A stretch of 64,000 nt of DNA from Tubiluchus corallicola (taxonomy: Eukaryota; Animalia; Priapulida): the NCBI GenBank assembly GCA_030141605.1, contig JAQGDQ010000197.1, forward strand, positions 310,001-374,000. The letters run 5' to 3'. How positions within the stretch are numbered: the first letter of the stretch is position 1; each line of letters opens with the position of its first letter. This document shows positions 25,351 to 38,599 of this stretch, piece by piece. Made by a program: the position numbers and the translations under genes. The notes beneath the pieces are model-generated. The model was not told where the DNA came from and did not search any database. It saw nothing but the letters and a program-made list of their open reading frames with translations.

Positions 25351-26364
25351 CTTAATCACTCCAAGTCCATGTCTATTTTGGTCGAATTAGCTACCTTGTC
25401 TATACAGATGCACAGATGTATTTCGTAGTTAAACTTCAGTCAATCTAGACGCAGATCAGGCTCTTCAACAATTAAGATCTTCGAAAAACGAAGAGAAATG
25501 ACTTTAAATTGATTACAGTATAACTTAATGACATACCTGTCGAATCAAGTTTCATTTAATTATGAATCACAACAATTATTGTATATTGACAAGATCACAA
25601 TAGATCTGTCGTATACACTGTAAATGCATAATTTATTAACGCACATTGTACCAAGCGCTTAGTTTAATTAATAGTAATGAACTGTCTTGCTTTACTGCTA
25701 GCGTTCTCTAAGCCTTCAAGGACCATCACGTCACGAATAAATTTTTAACTCCTTCGGCACGGCTCTGTAAGAAAACTTGTTCTATTTGACATAACGCGCT
25801 GCAATAAAAAAGCGGGCAGATGCAAATGAAACCCAGCCGGGTGGATCTACGATTAGTGGAGTGAGATAATAATACCATTCAAATAACAACAGTGGAAAAA
25901 GTTAAAGAAAATCTCACAAACGCTCCGCAGGCGCTACTTACAGGTTATACAACTGCTTTGTATTCTGTAAATGTCTCTTGTTCAACTAGAAGTACGTACG
26001 TGTCAGCCCCTATAATTATATCTGCAAAAATTGAAAATCTGCTCTTGCAGAAAACATCAATTATAAAGGCTGAAAATGGCATCCTGGAATAATGGGAACA
26101 TGGCGCATTTATGTCTAAATCGATTCAGAGTTCATTATAAATTTCCTTACAAGTAATCAGTATTGCGTAAAATTTGTTCTACAAAAACCAAAATACCGGT
26201 GAATGATAGCAACCGACATTTATTACAATGAAAAATAAACTTGTAATATAAAAGATTTATTAATTACATGACTGTGATTGCCAGTGTTTATAAACTATTG
26301 TGGTTTATTTTTAACAATTATTACCCTTTGCGGGTAAAGAGTTGGAGAAAGAAAGGAGACGCTG

Positions 26365-26435
26365 AAGGATTCTGGACTAGACGGGATTTGAACCCGAGAC
26401 CTCGGATTAGTACTCCCGTGCTACTAGTTCAACAT
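26365..26435 (-). mobile_element. tRNA-derived (SINE-like) head fragment
   Basis: - strand reads GAGGTCTCGGGTTCAAATCCCGTCTAGTCCA, with B-box GGTTCAAATCC; no full cloverleaf. Confidence 0.55.
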
Positions 26436-26974
26436 GACAGAACAGGTCCGAGATTTCCTCCTTGTTGCACAATCCAAACAGCACCACCTGTACCCATTGA
26501 CAGTAGGCGGATACTTATGGTATCAACACTTTTCTCAAATTGTTAAAGATTTAGCCTATTAATTTCTTCTGAAACTAAGATCTTATTATTAGTTGTGAAT
26601 GTTATTAATCTGAGGATTCTACTCGGATTGACTACCCACTGATAGACTGACTGACAACTAAGTTACAGATTCCAAAATGGCTAGCTGCACGTATTACGTT
26701 GTATATCAATCAAATCAAAACTCCGTGAAATGTAGTCACTAAACTGTTGTCTGTTCTGAATCAGTATGACATCTTAGGTTGTACTTTATAATTACATGAC
26801 CTTACATTTTAGATGCGTACTAATTTGATGATAGGCACATCTTAGTACTAGTACTAGAAAGGGGGAAGAAATCAGTCGATTCCCTCTTTAATTGGTTTTA
26901 CTGATCTTTTACTCATAGTGTGACATTGTGTTGCTGGAAAACACTGCACTTGGACGTGCTATGACGGATACGAA

Positions 26975-27150
<176 letters not shown>

Positions 27151-29059
27151 AAAAAATATGTCCAATATCAATCCTTGCTATTTGCAGGGGAAATGATACG
27201 AAAGTGTTAACTGGTAATCATCCATCTTCTAGGAAATTCCAGCTTGAAAAATTAATAAAAAATTTAAAATTAATCCATTTAGTTACAAAATCGTTCACAC
27301 CTGTTAGGCATTTACGTTGGAAAGGCTGAATTTGGTGGCCAGCCTTGATCACTGGAGAATATGGTTTAGCATCTGGCTTGTGAGCAGAAGATCCCTGGCT
27401 GCATCCCAACTTTTTAACTTTTTCGCTCTTTCATTTAATTATCAAAATTTAATTAATTGTGGATTTGCACCATCATAAACTTCCTTGTGAGTTATAGTTA
27501 CACAAAGCAGTCGCAGTTATAGTTACACATAACTATACTAATCTTAAGATCATCTACTCAATTACAGTTAGCCTAGTTCCAAAGCCACAGGACCTGCTCA
27601 TCTTTGAGCGTGCCAAACTTATGTAAGATGGGGAAAACTATAACCTGTGTTTAATGTCTTTCAACTCATTTATTATCGTATCAGTAAGTCTTATAACTGC
27701 AGATTTTTTCTCTTCTTTCTTTTTTCACTTAATTAACAACATTTCATCACTGTTGTGGTATCGATCTTAATGAAAACTTAAGTAAAAAATTTAAAAATTA
27801 AATATTAAATTTAATATCAAATGCGATGTATAAATGCTTTTTGCTTATAAGCCTATTTACATCACCGATCAATTAGTGCACAGATATACAGCAGCAATGG
27901 ATTGCTTACAAAGCCCTTGCAATGAGAAATACGTTAGTTTGTAATGAAATCATAGTGTCGCCTCATCGCGTTAGATAATAGTGTCTCTTTTCTTCTCCAC
28001 AGGAGAACCTCCCATGGCTTCTTTCATGGTTATTGTTATCGATTTCTCGCGAAGCCACATACCCTGACGTTGCACGTGCTGCTGCGTGCGGTAGATTCGG
28101 CGGTAGATTTGTCCACGTTGAGACACTGCTGTGTTTTGTGCCAATAATTGCAACAGTTTGTTTTGTGATCAATGATGCATAACGTGAAATAATGATACGC
28201 TTGAGCGGTAGCAGCTAATACGAAACCGTGAAACCACTAGTGGCAGTGGATGAAACCAGTGTTTGACGTCCGAGTGAAAAGTGTAGAAAAATGATGTACT
28301 TACAATTTGCGTAGCAGCTCGAAAAGCAAAAGTAAAAAAAGGAACTGTTAAAGATAAAAAGTATTTGTGTAAAGTTATGACAGCGACTTAACTTACTTAG
28401 GCAACTTACGACTTAACTAACCCTATGTTCTCTCTGTGTCTATACTTTGTCAGAGCTTTGTAATGTAGTGGGTTTTAAACAGGGTAATTTAGAAAAAAAG
28501 AAACAAATGTAGCATTCTAAGCAGTCAAAGTCAATTAGTGTCTTAACAGCTTAGGCTTGGGTTTTAAGTGGTGAAATGGTTCTTTGCTAAAATATCAGTT
28601 AAAATGTTAACTCTTGTCAGCAATAGGAAAAAGAAAGTTTGTCTAGAAACTTTCCTTGCAAAACAATAAAGTAGATTGGACCAACGCTCTAAACTCTTAG
28701 AAGTCTTACACGTATTAAAAGAGATTCATTTCTTTACAACAATTAACTTAACAAGCCGTAGAATGGGAGGCACTGAAGAAGGGACTCCTAGGCAAGCACG
28801 CAGTCCTATCTTTTACGCGCAGTAGTATCTTGAAGACATATAGCAGAATAGAACTTAAAACAGGTATTTCCGTAGTTTTATCGTTGAAGCCTGACTAATC
28901 TTGCTTTCTCTATCAAAGTGCCATCAATTCAACATAGATGAACACAACTTTGAAATCCACTGAAGCTCATTTAGTGATCAAGTTTCGTTATTTTGTGTAA
29001 AAACGGAATTTTTCAACTAATCGCAACTTTTTGTAGTTTTCGGGCTCCTCTCCAATCGT

Positions 29060-29294
29060 TTACCGATAATAACGTCACAGGAAAAAAGTCGCGGAAAATG
29101 TCATTTTTGGCTAAGAAAATAGTCATTGAGGAAAAAAGTTATAATTAATTTTGGTTAGGGTTAAGGTTAGGGCTACGGGTCATGGTTGGGGTCATGGATA
29201 GGGTTAGGGTAAGGGTTGTTTCTTTTTTCTATGCCTTTTTTCCTGTGATTTTTTTCTGTGACTTTTTTACTTGTGACTTTTTTACCTGGATTCC
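29060..29294. mobile_element. Non-autonomous DNA element (possibly Mutator-like) with subterminal repeats and telomere-like core
   Basis: Inverted arrays of AAAAAAGTCACAG-like units, central (TTAGGG)-like tract, flanking 9-bp direct repeat TCCAATCGT (29051-29059, 29295-29303). Confidence 0.7.
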
Positions 29295-29725
29295 TCCAAT
29301 CGTAGTGGAATTGAGTTTGCTTTATCAACCATACTTTCAATTGCTACAGACTTGTGTCTTGTGACTTTCTCTTTTTCTATTTGACTACGTTTCCTCATCT
29401 TCTTTCCTAGATCCTTCATTCTAATTGATTTCGTTTTCACTTAGTTTCACTTTCCCACTTTCCCTGGCGTCAAAATGCTGCACTGACGCTCATTCCAGCT
29501 TAATGGCTTTGCTCAGGCAATTAGCTTGTCTAATTGGTTTTAATTAGCGCGCTGTGCTGAAGATAGGTTGCTGCTTTTATGCCTGGCATTATTGGGTTTA
29601 TGCAATTATTAATCGCACCATCCGGGCGGGGGAAAGAGTCAATTAGGTGGCGTAGATATAAACAGAAACGCATGATTTATAATGTAGGTTATGTAGTATT
29701 CTGGAGACAGTACTGTAGGTCCATA

Positions 29726-30272
29726 CAGGGTGATACATAACCTTTTGCAGAGGGTACAAAAACAAAAAGTAATCAGTAAACCAGTACAGAACATTTTATT
29801 ACATCAAAGTATTGCTGAAACAATTGCTAATCTTTGATGCCCTCATAATTTAGTGTGAAAATCTCTGGTGTTCCTGCGATCTTGAAAGGTATGACTGAAG
29901 CAGCGATCTGAAACTCTAGGATTAATTTTTCAACGGAATTGAATGGCACGGAAATTCACAGGAGCTCAACTCGCCAAAAACACTAGAGCTATCCTGGAGA
30001 ACAAAGTGATCACTTAAATGATCCAAGGACGCCATTGATTAATATTGAAGAGACAAACTTGGGCGATATCTGCAAGATGTGTTGGAGAACTTTAGGCTCT
30101 GCGAGTCACTGCTCAATCTTATGTATCACGTTTGCCGTCTTTAAGAGATATCCAAGGCTTACAAACTAAATTTTGAGGGCTGGTAAATTCGCAGTTGTTT
30201 CAGCAATGCCCGTATTTTGACTTAATAACTTCTTCTGTATCCCTCCCCAGCAAAAGGTTATGTACCATCCTG
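29726..30272. mobile_element. Tc1/mariner-type non-autonomous element
   Basis: TIRs CAGGGTGATACATAACCTTTTGC / GCAAAAGGTTATGTACCATCCTG with TA on both flanks. Confidence 0.8.
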
Positions 30273-31212
30273 TAGATGTAATCACCAAAGGAAATGCATT
30301 ATCATCTAAAGAAATGATTATGATTAATAATCACATGAATTACCGCTATTGTGCTATAGACACATAGGAGAAAAATCTCTATTCTTTTGCTTTAGATTCC
30401 TTACTGATGGACCAGTAGACACAGATAATTTGACAGCAGTCAATAAGTTTTCTATTGCAATGTCAGCTTTTTTTCTCTTAATGTATTAAACCCTTTTGCA
30501 CTGCAAACTAATGTGGTGAACGGGTTTCTACAAACCATAATGTTAAAATCTGAAAAAAATTAGTCCTGGGTTTATATGACATCCATCAGTCACTATTGGA
30601 AAATCCAGACAAATCTTGCTAATTTTGTTCTGTCGGTCAAACAAAATAAAACAACAGACAGCTAAAACAAACAAATATGACTGAGCAAACCATAGTGGAA
30701 CGCACAAGAAAAGACTTGACTAGCAGCCCATCTCTCCAGATATGCACCGCAATTTAAGCTATTGTTTAATATTTAAATTTCGGCGACGCACACCGTGCTG
30801 ATATAAATATTTAATCACGGTAAGCCCTGCGTTCGTGACTTGTATAAAATAATTAAATACGGTATGAAAATTAATGAAGCGTTGCGCAGGCATAAATGTG
30901 AATATATTATTCCCTTCAAGCATAACCTGTAGATAATGCATTTCTACAGTAGCATCAGCAGAAGCCATATATGATAATATTTTATCTTATTGAGCAAATT
31001 CCCCTGCGTCCATCTGTGATCCTATATAATTCACTGTTGACTGTTAAGGGTTCATTTCTTTACTCTAGAAATTTGCAAACTTCCTTTGCTTTTTAGTTGA
31101 TAGCCTACCCTAATTGATAGCATTGATCATGGCTTAATTTATTTAAATTGACTTAACTGATCTAATTTCCTCCAATTTGGCGAGGAAGCTGTCAACTAAG
31201 ACACAGAAAGTT

Positions 31213-31851
31213 TGGGCTAAAGTTTACAAAGCTCACGCACAAGAAATTAGTTCGTGAAGTGGATTTGAGTTAGGGTTAGCGCTAGCGTTAGGATTAGGAT
31301 TAGGGTTAGAATTAGATTTGGGTTAAGATTAGGGCTATTTAAATAGCATGGGAAATTGTAAAATCCATCCATAAATGTATTTTTTTTGCGTTGTCTGCCG
31401 TAGTGGCAAAAGAGCTTTTTCAGATTACTAAGTAAAAGGCAATGAATGACTAGAGGTTTGTTGAATGCTAAAAACTTGCCAGTAAAACAGAGCCGATAAA
31501 CTTTAATTAACCTAACAAGGTGTGTTGTTGTAAAACTTGGGAAGCAGAACATTAAAAGTACGTTTGGAGGCTTTGATTGTCTACAACTGTCCTATTGTTA
31601 ACAGGCTACAAAATTAAGTGTTCTCCATATATATATATAAATAGTATAGAGACAGAATCAGAATAAGTAGTTAATGCAAAACAAGAATTACAGAGCTATA
31701 CCAAAAACAGCAAGGAGCTTACAGTTTCCCACACAATTTAAATACCCTAACTCTAACCCTAACCCTAACTCACCCTAACACAAACCCTAAATCTAACCTT
31801 CCTCTTCACCAACTAATTCTTGTGTGTGGGGGAATTGTGAACTTTAGCCCA
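31213..31851. mobile_element. MITE with long TIRs containing telomere-like repeats
   Basis: TGGGCTAAAGTTTACAA...CACAAGAAATTAGTT then (TTAGGG)-like on the left; mirrored by (CCCTAA)-like ...AACTAATTCTTGTG...GAACTTTAGCCCA on the right. Confidence 0.8.
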
Positions 31852-32341
31852 TATGTAGTTAGAGTACGTACAGCGAGATTTAATTTTAAACTGAGATGAG
31901 TTTAAGTTGTTAGCGTCTTTCTTTCGATACGTGTCTTCGGAAATGATGATAAATGATAATGTACACATTGTTGCTATGGATACCAACAAGGTAGCAGCAG
32001 CCAGGCCAAGCATGAAGTCATCATTCTGGAGCAGACTGGCATTGTAACTATACTCTTACAAAAGAGCCAATGAAGCTAGATAAAACTGGAACTCAGATGG
32101 CAGATTACGATTTGTAATTGTTGAATACGTAGGATTTGTCTCCATATTCTGTATAGCCGAGCTGTATGAATAAAGCACCAAAAATGAGACAGAGCTAAAA
32201 AAATGTCAGGAACTAGCTACGCTGCATCAAAATATTAGAGAGATATAATTAGCTCATACAAAAATGAAACACGAATTTATAAAAACTAGTGTTTAGATTT
32301 TCAAGTAAATTAACTGAACTGAGCTGCAAAGAGAAAAGGCG

Positions 32342-32416
32342 ATGAAAAAAACGTTAACGCGTGACAGTACGCAGTCGAGCTCTGGACAAGATGACACTGT
32401 GACAGAGGAATCAGAG
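32342..32416 (+). CDS. Candidate alternative first coding exon B of the TRPC gene (MKKTLTRDSTQSSSGQDDTVTEESE)
   Basis: TATAAAAA at 32278; 25 codons ending at a strong phase-0 donor GAG|GTAAGG, in frame with the 50385 acceptor. The link to TRPC is inferred. Confidence 0.45.
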
Positions 32417-33824
32417 GTAAGGATAAATTACCTTGTTAGTTGCAAATCCACAAGAAAACTTTGATGAAATAAATTTCAAATCCACTGAATAATGTGGGAT
32501 AGCAAACCAAATGATGCAAAAGTAATTCAAATTCAAGATCGTGTGCAAAATCAGCTGTATTGTGAACAATACAAATGAAAGAATTAATTAATGAGAGGGT
32601 GTATTTCAAAAACTTTACAGTTTACTAAAGACTAAATTTTTCTAGCTGTCGCACATATGTTTCACTTAATTTTTTATGGACTGGTTAGTGTCTACTACCA
32701 TCACATGTTTTTGTCAAATTGTGTGTGATCTATAACGTTATTAAACTAATTACTACTTTCGATGAACTTTTTGTTAATTTATATTCGTGAAAATGCATTG
32801 TTTTCTAAGAAAAATTGCTGCATGGTTGCCGGATAATAATTTGTTTCATTTACTTGATTTACACCTTATTCCGTACCTATTATGTGACATAATCATTAAG
32901 CTTCTTAGAAAAATATTAGTATTTCACGCAATGTGGAAATTACTAAGATATGAGAATATAATGAATTTATATTATTGCGATGTTTAGTGAAGGCCTGATT
33001 GTTAAAAAAAGTTTAGGTGGGAGGCAAAATCTGAAAATTAGGACAAACTGCTTAGTCACACGCGAGTAAACCGCACTAAGTCAGGCATAGTCACAAGCGC
33101 GTGTTTACTGATCAGTCACCGATGATTGTAAGTAACACAGCGCTGGATCAGGATATGTGTCAAGTAGTAAAAACTAGGAAATTTGGATCTAAATTTATGC
33201 AGTTTCATTATAATTATTATTTAACTACTTTAGCGGGTTTTTAATTATTAAAAACAATCTTTTTGCGTTACTGGGACAGTTACTAAAAACATTAGCAAAA
33301 GTTACAGTTAGATCGCTGCAAAGTGTCACCTAGCTGTGCTACAGAAAGCATGCAACCACTACAGAAGCCATTGTGATACCGTATACGTGCATTGCCAACA
33401 CAGTGCGCCGCTCGTTTGTAACGCAATTATGCTTGCTCTTTGAAGGCAAATTGCACAAATAAATCGCAATAAGATCACAACTTCAATTTGGTTATGTCGT
33501 CAGCGCAGCTGGTGCATTGGCTTGAAGCTGGCCGGTCTCTTCCAACAATGCAGTGCGAGTTATTGCTGTAACGTTGAGCTAGTCTCCCCTGGGTGACGAC
33601 ATTTTAAGGAAGCGGCGGTTAAGGAGACGGGAAGAAAATGTGAGCTGCAACGAAACGAATTTATAAATGACCGCAAGAACATCCTTCTTTAGGTATACTG
33701 AGGTGCGCGTATTGAGAAGTAGAAAATCAATAGCACCGTTCGCACCAACGAGAAGATACGCGACACGTCCTGAATCTTCTAATTATTTCACACCTTTTAA
33801 GACATTGTCTTTTTGTACCCCATT

Positions 33825-34202
33825 CAGGGCTGGATTATCGTATTAGCAGGTATAGGCTGCGGTCTAGGGCCCTCAAATTTAGGGAGCCCTCAAGTTGTGG
33901 TAACAGTTGGTAGAAAAAATCTGTTTTTCGCTATGGTTGTGTTGAAATATGTGCTAATTTGGTTTGCAGTAAGTAGTAAAAAAGTAGTAGTTCTTGAAGA
34001 GTGTTTTTATTGAGAAACAAAAGAGTGTTCTAGTTTGCTTAAGTAATTTCGCTATGTGAATGTCGCTAAAATGTACAGCGAGTAAAAAATATTCAATACG
34101 GGTGCGAGCGAGTTAGAGAGGATGGCTCCGTCTAATAATTTCATTAGCCTAGGGCAATAATTTCATTAGCGTAGGGGCCCCAAAAGCTCATAATCCGGCC
34201 CG
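33825..34202 (+). mobile_element. hAT-like MITE, copy 3
   Basis: CAGGGCTGGATTAT ... ATAATCCGGCCCG; imperfect 8-bp flanks ACCCCATT/ACCCGAGT (6/8); internal duplication of TAATTTCATTAGC.TAGGG. Confidence 0.75.
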
Positions 34203-34459
34203 ACCCGAGTTTACGTTACATGCAGATACACTGTATTTGGACTTAGTTTACTTCTGTGTCCTTATAAGACACTGTCAGTGTCCCCGAATGCAATGAAAAG
34301 TGCCTGGCCAGAGCCATCAGCCTAATAAACACATACACGACATAATGCCCTGTTTACATTACAAAATTAATACGGGTTCTGAAGGTATATAGCTTCTGTG
34401 ATTACACAAGGACCTAATCACTGAAAGTCCAATACCCATAGTGGTCTACTGCAGGGAGA

Positions 34460-34545
34460 GTATTTTCTCATAAGAAAACGTTGAATGCCCGTGTAGTCCC
34501 AAATAATTATTTTTATTTGTTACAGAAGCTTTCACGTTAGCGGAC
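34460..34545. repeat. Dispersed repeat fragment related to the 57.0-kb foldback
   Basis: AGAAGCTTTCACGTTAGCGGA and its upstream sequence match the reverse complement of ~57072-57155. Confidence 0.6.
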
Positions 34546-37500
34546 TTCATAAACTAAAAAAATTACAGATAAAATGTTAAAAACAGTATGTACCAGAGTG
34601 AAACAAGAATATTAAAAGCAAAAATTGTAGCTAAACGTCACTGCTTTAAAGTACAATGACTGCATAGGAATTTTCTGCCTAATGTAAACGGGCAAACCTG
34701 TGCTCCTTTACAGAACTGGTTTCGCGGTATGTTTAGTAATAGTAACAACTTCAAATTTTGACTTTTTAGTTCCACAAAGTAATGTAAACTTAGGCCCCAC
34801 GCAGACATGCCACAGACTAAAAGTTGCAAAATCTTTAAATAAATGAAACCCACGAGAGTTTTGCGCAGACATATGCAATTGCGAAACTAAAAGTTGAAGT
34901 CTGGGCTCAAAGTTTTAGTAGAACAACTGTTTTGAAATGCATACTGTTTTCAACGAGCGTGCGCAGACATGCAATTTTTAATTGCGCAACATTTAACCAA
35001 CACGTTAGTTAAGCTTAAGAAGACGGCAGCGTCATATCAAGAATCGCCAATAAAGGTATAAAAGAGAAATTAAAAGAGAAACAAATAATGAACATAAATA
35101 ATTCTTACCGTCTTTGCTATCATCTTTTACGAGATTTAGCGACAAATTTAGAAAAGGGAGATCAAAATGTGAAATTTTTGAAGAGAACAGTGCATGCGAC
35201 CACGTCTCAGTACAATCAACACATTTCTGTTTTTCCACTGCTGATTTTTTTCCTACTACTTTTTTCACAACCTGTGATTGTATTTTTGTATTTCTGCGGT
35301 GTGGAACACTTCCAGCCTGGAAGTTATAGGGGAAACTCTTTTCCTCCTCACAATCCTTAAAAATCAGGAACAAAAGCATAGTAGCATCTTTTGTTCGGTG
35401 TTTTTCTACATTGTGATATATTTGGTGTTATAGGGTTATGATGCATTCTGTCTAATGCTGATAGAAAGAGTCTATTACTAAGCAATTAACTAACTAAATA
35501 AAATGAACTGAAATTGAATAAAAGGTAAATAAAAGTTAACGAAAACTGCGTTAAACTCGTGATTCGTCCTGCGGCTACTGATCTGGTTGATCACGTATTT
35601 GTATTGTGTTAGTTATATTATGTTTACATTTTATTTTTGTATTGTTTTTATTTACATTATGATTTGTATTGTACGTATTGTGCCTTGAAACCTGACAGAC
35701 TGTGACATACGCAGTGATTCTGAATGTTAGCTGTATACCTGTCATATTCTCCTGAAGTGAGGCTAGTCATTTAACTGCACATCCTCTGCTACTATCGCTT
35801 AGTGTATGAAGAGCATTACCTCTTGATTAAACTTGTTGCTGTACTGTTCCTTCACAAGTACACAGTTATGGCACACAGGCTTACAAAAACGAGATGAAGA
35901 AAAGGCATTTTAATTGAATTCAACAAACGCTTCAAATACGTTCTAAAGTTATGAACTTGCTAACCGATATGGCGCATGCAGAGTTCTTTTAATATCACTG
36001 TCTCTTATCATACGACATCACTGTCACCACATCCTTATTTTTGCAATCGGATTTCGTCTTGATCGGTATTGTGAACTTTTAACTGATTATTGGAGATTTT
36101 TCTTGTTAAGCTTTGTAAAATTTGATTAACGCTACAAAACCCATTTTATAATTTTACCATTGTTATTTTGTTAGATATGAAAAAAAGGAAAAACCTAAAA
36201 TCATATATTAAAACGTTTCTTTTTGGTCTATGCGTTTCTAGCGTATAAACAAACAACCGAGGAAGTGGGATTCATCGCTGGCTGTTGACTGACTATTGCT
36301 GACAATCCGACATTGCTGACTATTCGAGGACTTCTTCGATGATATCCAGCTTTAATCACACGTCCAATTAGTTTTGGTTTGGCTCGTTATTAAGATACTA
36401 CATGGGAGTATGATGGCCACTAGAGACAGCTTGCGCGCCAGTTTGAATGTCATGCATCTAGTCAATAAAATTGATTGAGTCGTTGAACAAATCTGCGCAT
36501 TTGCGCGCCAGTAATGAAAAGGATTTTAGGAAAATTTTTGCGCTCTTTGCCTGAATGACAGTGAATGCTGTCAAGTGCATAATTTATGAGACAGCTGTTT
36601 GAGTACAGCAGCAAGTACTGATTCAATTTGTAAAAGCAATTTACCGTCTCTTAGTTTTTTTACGTATTTTAAATTTGTTTAATGCATATGGATAAAGCAA
36701 AATAAAGGAGATTCTTAACTCAACGGTGTCGCGTAAAGGCGCCGTAAAGCCATACTCGGTGCTTTAAGATTCATTCTTAGCAATTGCTATATATGTCTAC
36801 ATGCCAGTTATCTCTTTAGGCCGTTAAAATCAATAACTGGTTAAGTATTATTAATAGTGACAAGAGGGTTGTTGCATTTTAACGAGAAATGAAACATCAT
36901 CTGTTTATTAATACGGATATGATAAAGGTAAGGAATTCGTGCGAATAACTGCATTTGCAAAAGAAGATAAAGTAAAGTAAGAAAGTAAAAACACAAAACT
37001 ATTGAAATACAACAACAATAAGGTGTCAAAGTTAAAGCTTAGCATGTTGGGTTTATTTTACTGATATCACTTAAACCTGGAAAAATATAACAAAGAAATT
37101 TGTAAAAAATTGTCTATATACCATAAAAGTCATTTATACTACCGCTGTATGGAAATTTTCAGGCACGGTGGTAGATGCCATTTACTTGAAAATTGCGACG
37201 TAACTGATAAACTTCATAACTTTTCGTAAGCGTGTCGTGGCTTTCCGCAAGTGCTCACTGTTTAAACTGGTTCAAACTTCTGCAACTTACCTAACATTCA
37301 TGAAAAAATACTGCAAAATTAACTATCTAATTTTCTTCAGCCGATGAATAACGTCATTGTTGGACGAATGGAGACTCAAAATGGGAGCGCACAAACGTGA
37401 AATGATTGCTACTTTATAGTAATTTTACTAATTGTACGAGGCGCTTATAACACTCTTATTACAAAATCTTTGTAACATTTTTCGCAACACATTGAAATAA

Positions 37501-38296
37501 GCCAAACTTCCCAGAATGTTTGGCTTTCCCTTTAATTTTTAATAACAGCTTTTTTACTTTGTTATGAATGCGCAAAATCTGGCCTGACAAAACTTTATGT
37601 CAGTGACTTAATTCAACTCTGTTCTTTTTTTAAATTTATAATTGACATTTTTCATAATTCACGCTGCTCTTCCCTTTTGCAAATACTCTATCTTTTTAAG
37701 TGTCTCTCCTTTAAGCCTTCTTAAGAACTGTTAAACGGAGCAGAAGTTGTTCCTAACTGATTTCTAGAATTCAACATTTGTCTTATACCTAAACATGCAA
37801 GATCAGCGCAATAGTTAGAGCGTTCAGAATAACCACACAAAAATAATTAATGCTTATCGATTCACATTCACAAATTGTCACATTCAACTTTTTTCTTTTA
37901 GTTACATTCATTTTTGCCTTATTTGATACATCCAACAAATCCGTCGTTTTTGTAAAAGTGTGTGCAGCATATGTCATTAAAATGGAAAAAAAGAGTGAAA
38001 GCTTTATTAGTTGCATTTTTAAACTTAATAAAAATGGGAATAAGAAAACTTTTGCACGTTTTTAGCATACATTAAATGGTACCGTGGACCCTGGCAGCGA
38101 TAAAAGACATTAAACTTTGCAAGTAGAAAGCGTGTGATTTCTAGGCGTCCGTGAAGCTTAATATCATGTCCATAGTGTGGATTTTTTTTTAAAAATCGAT
38201 TGGTAATTTTCAAGACAGTTAAGCGATTTTTAATGCACATGTTGAAGGTGTGTATTCGTGTACAATCAGAAACCTGCCACCAATTTTTGTCAGAAA

Positions 38297-38350
38297 GAGT
38301 AGAGTAGAGTAGAGTAGAGTAAAGTATACTTTATTTAAAGTCAGATCATA
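38297..38350 (-). mobile_element. SINE/LINE 3' tail fragment with (TACTC)n
   Basis: CTTTATTTAAAGTC also occurs at the 3' end of the SINE (49921); adjacent pentanucleotide tail. Confidence 0.45.
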
Positions 38351-38599
38351 CAAACTATAAACATAAGCTATGAAGTTATTGCAATCGACTGATAAAAATA
38401 TACCTATAAAATACACGCCTAATAACAAAAAACGCACTAAAAAGCGGAAGTGACATCCTTTGCGGGCGGAAAACTTCGTGTTGACGTAAGCTCTATAGAT
38501 TTTTGTTTGTCAAATCACTAAGCCTAGGATTACATACAAATCACTAAGCCCTAGGCCCTGTAACACATAACTGAAACTAAATGCGTGCTCAAAAAAATT

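Noticed and set aside
29150-31800. TTAGGG tracts as true telomere or chromosome-fusion remnants
   Set aside because: Short, degenerate and embedded in TIR- or TSD-bounded elements.
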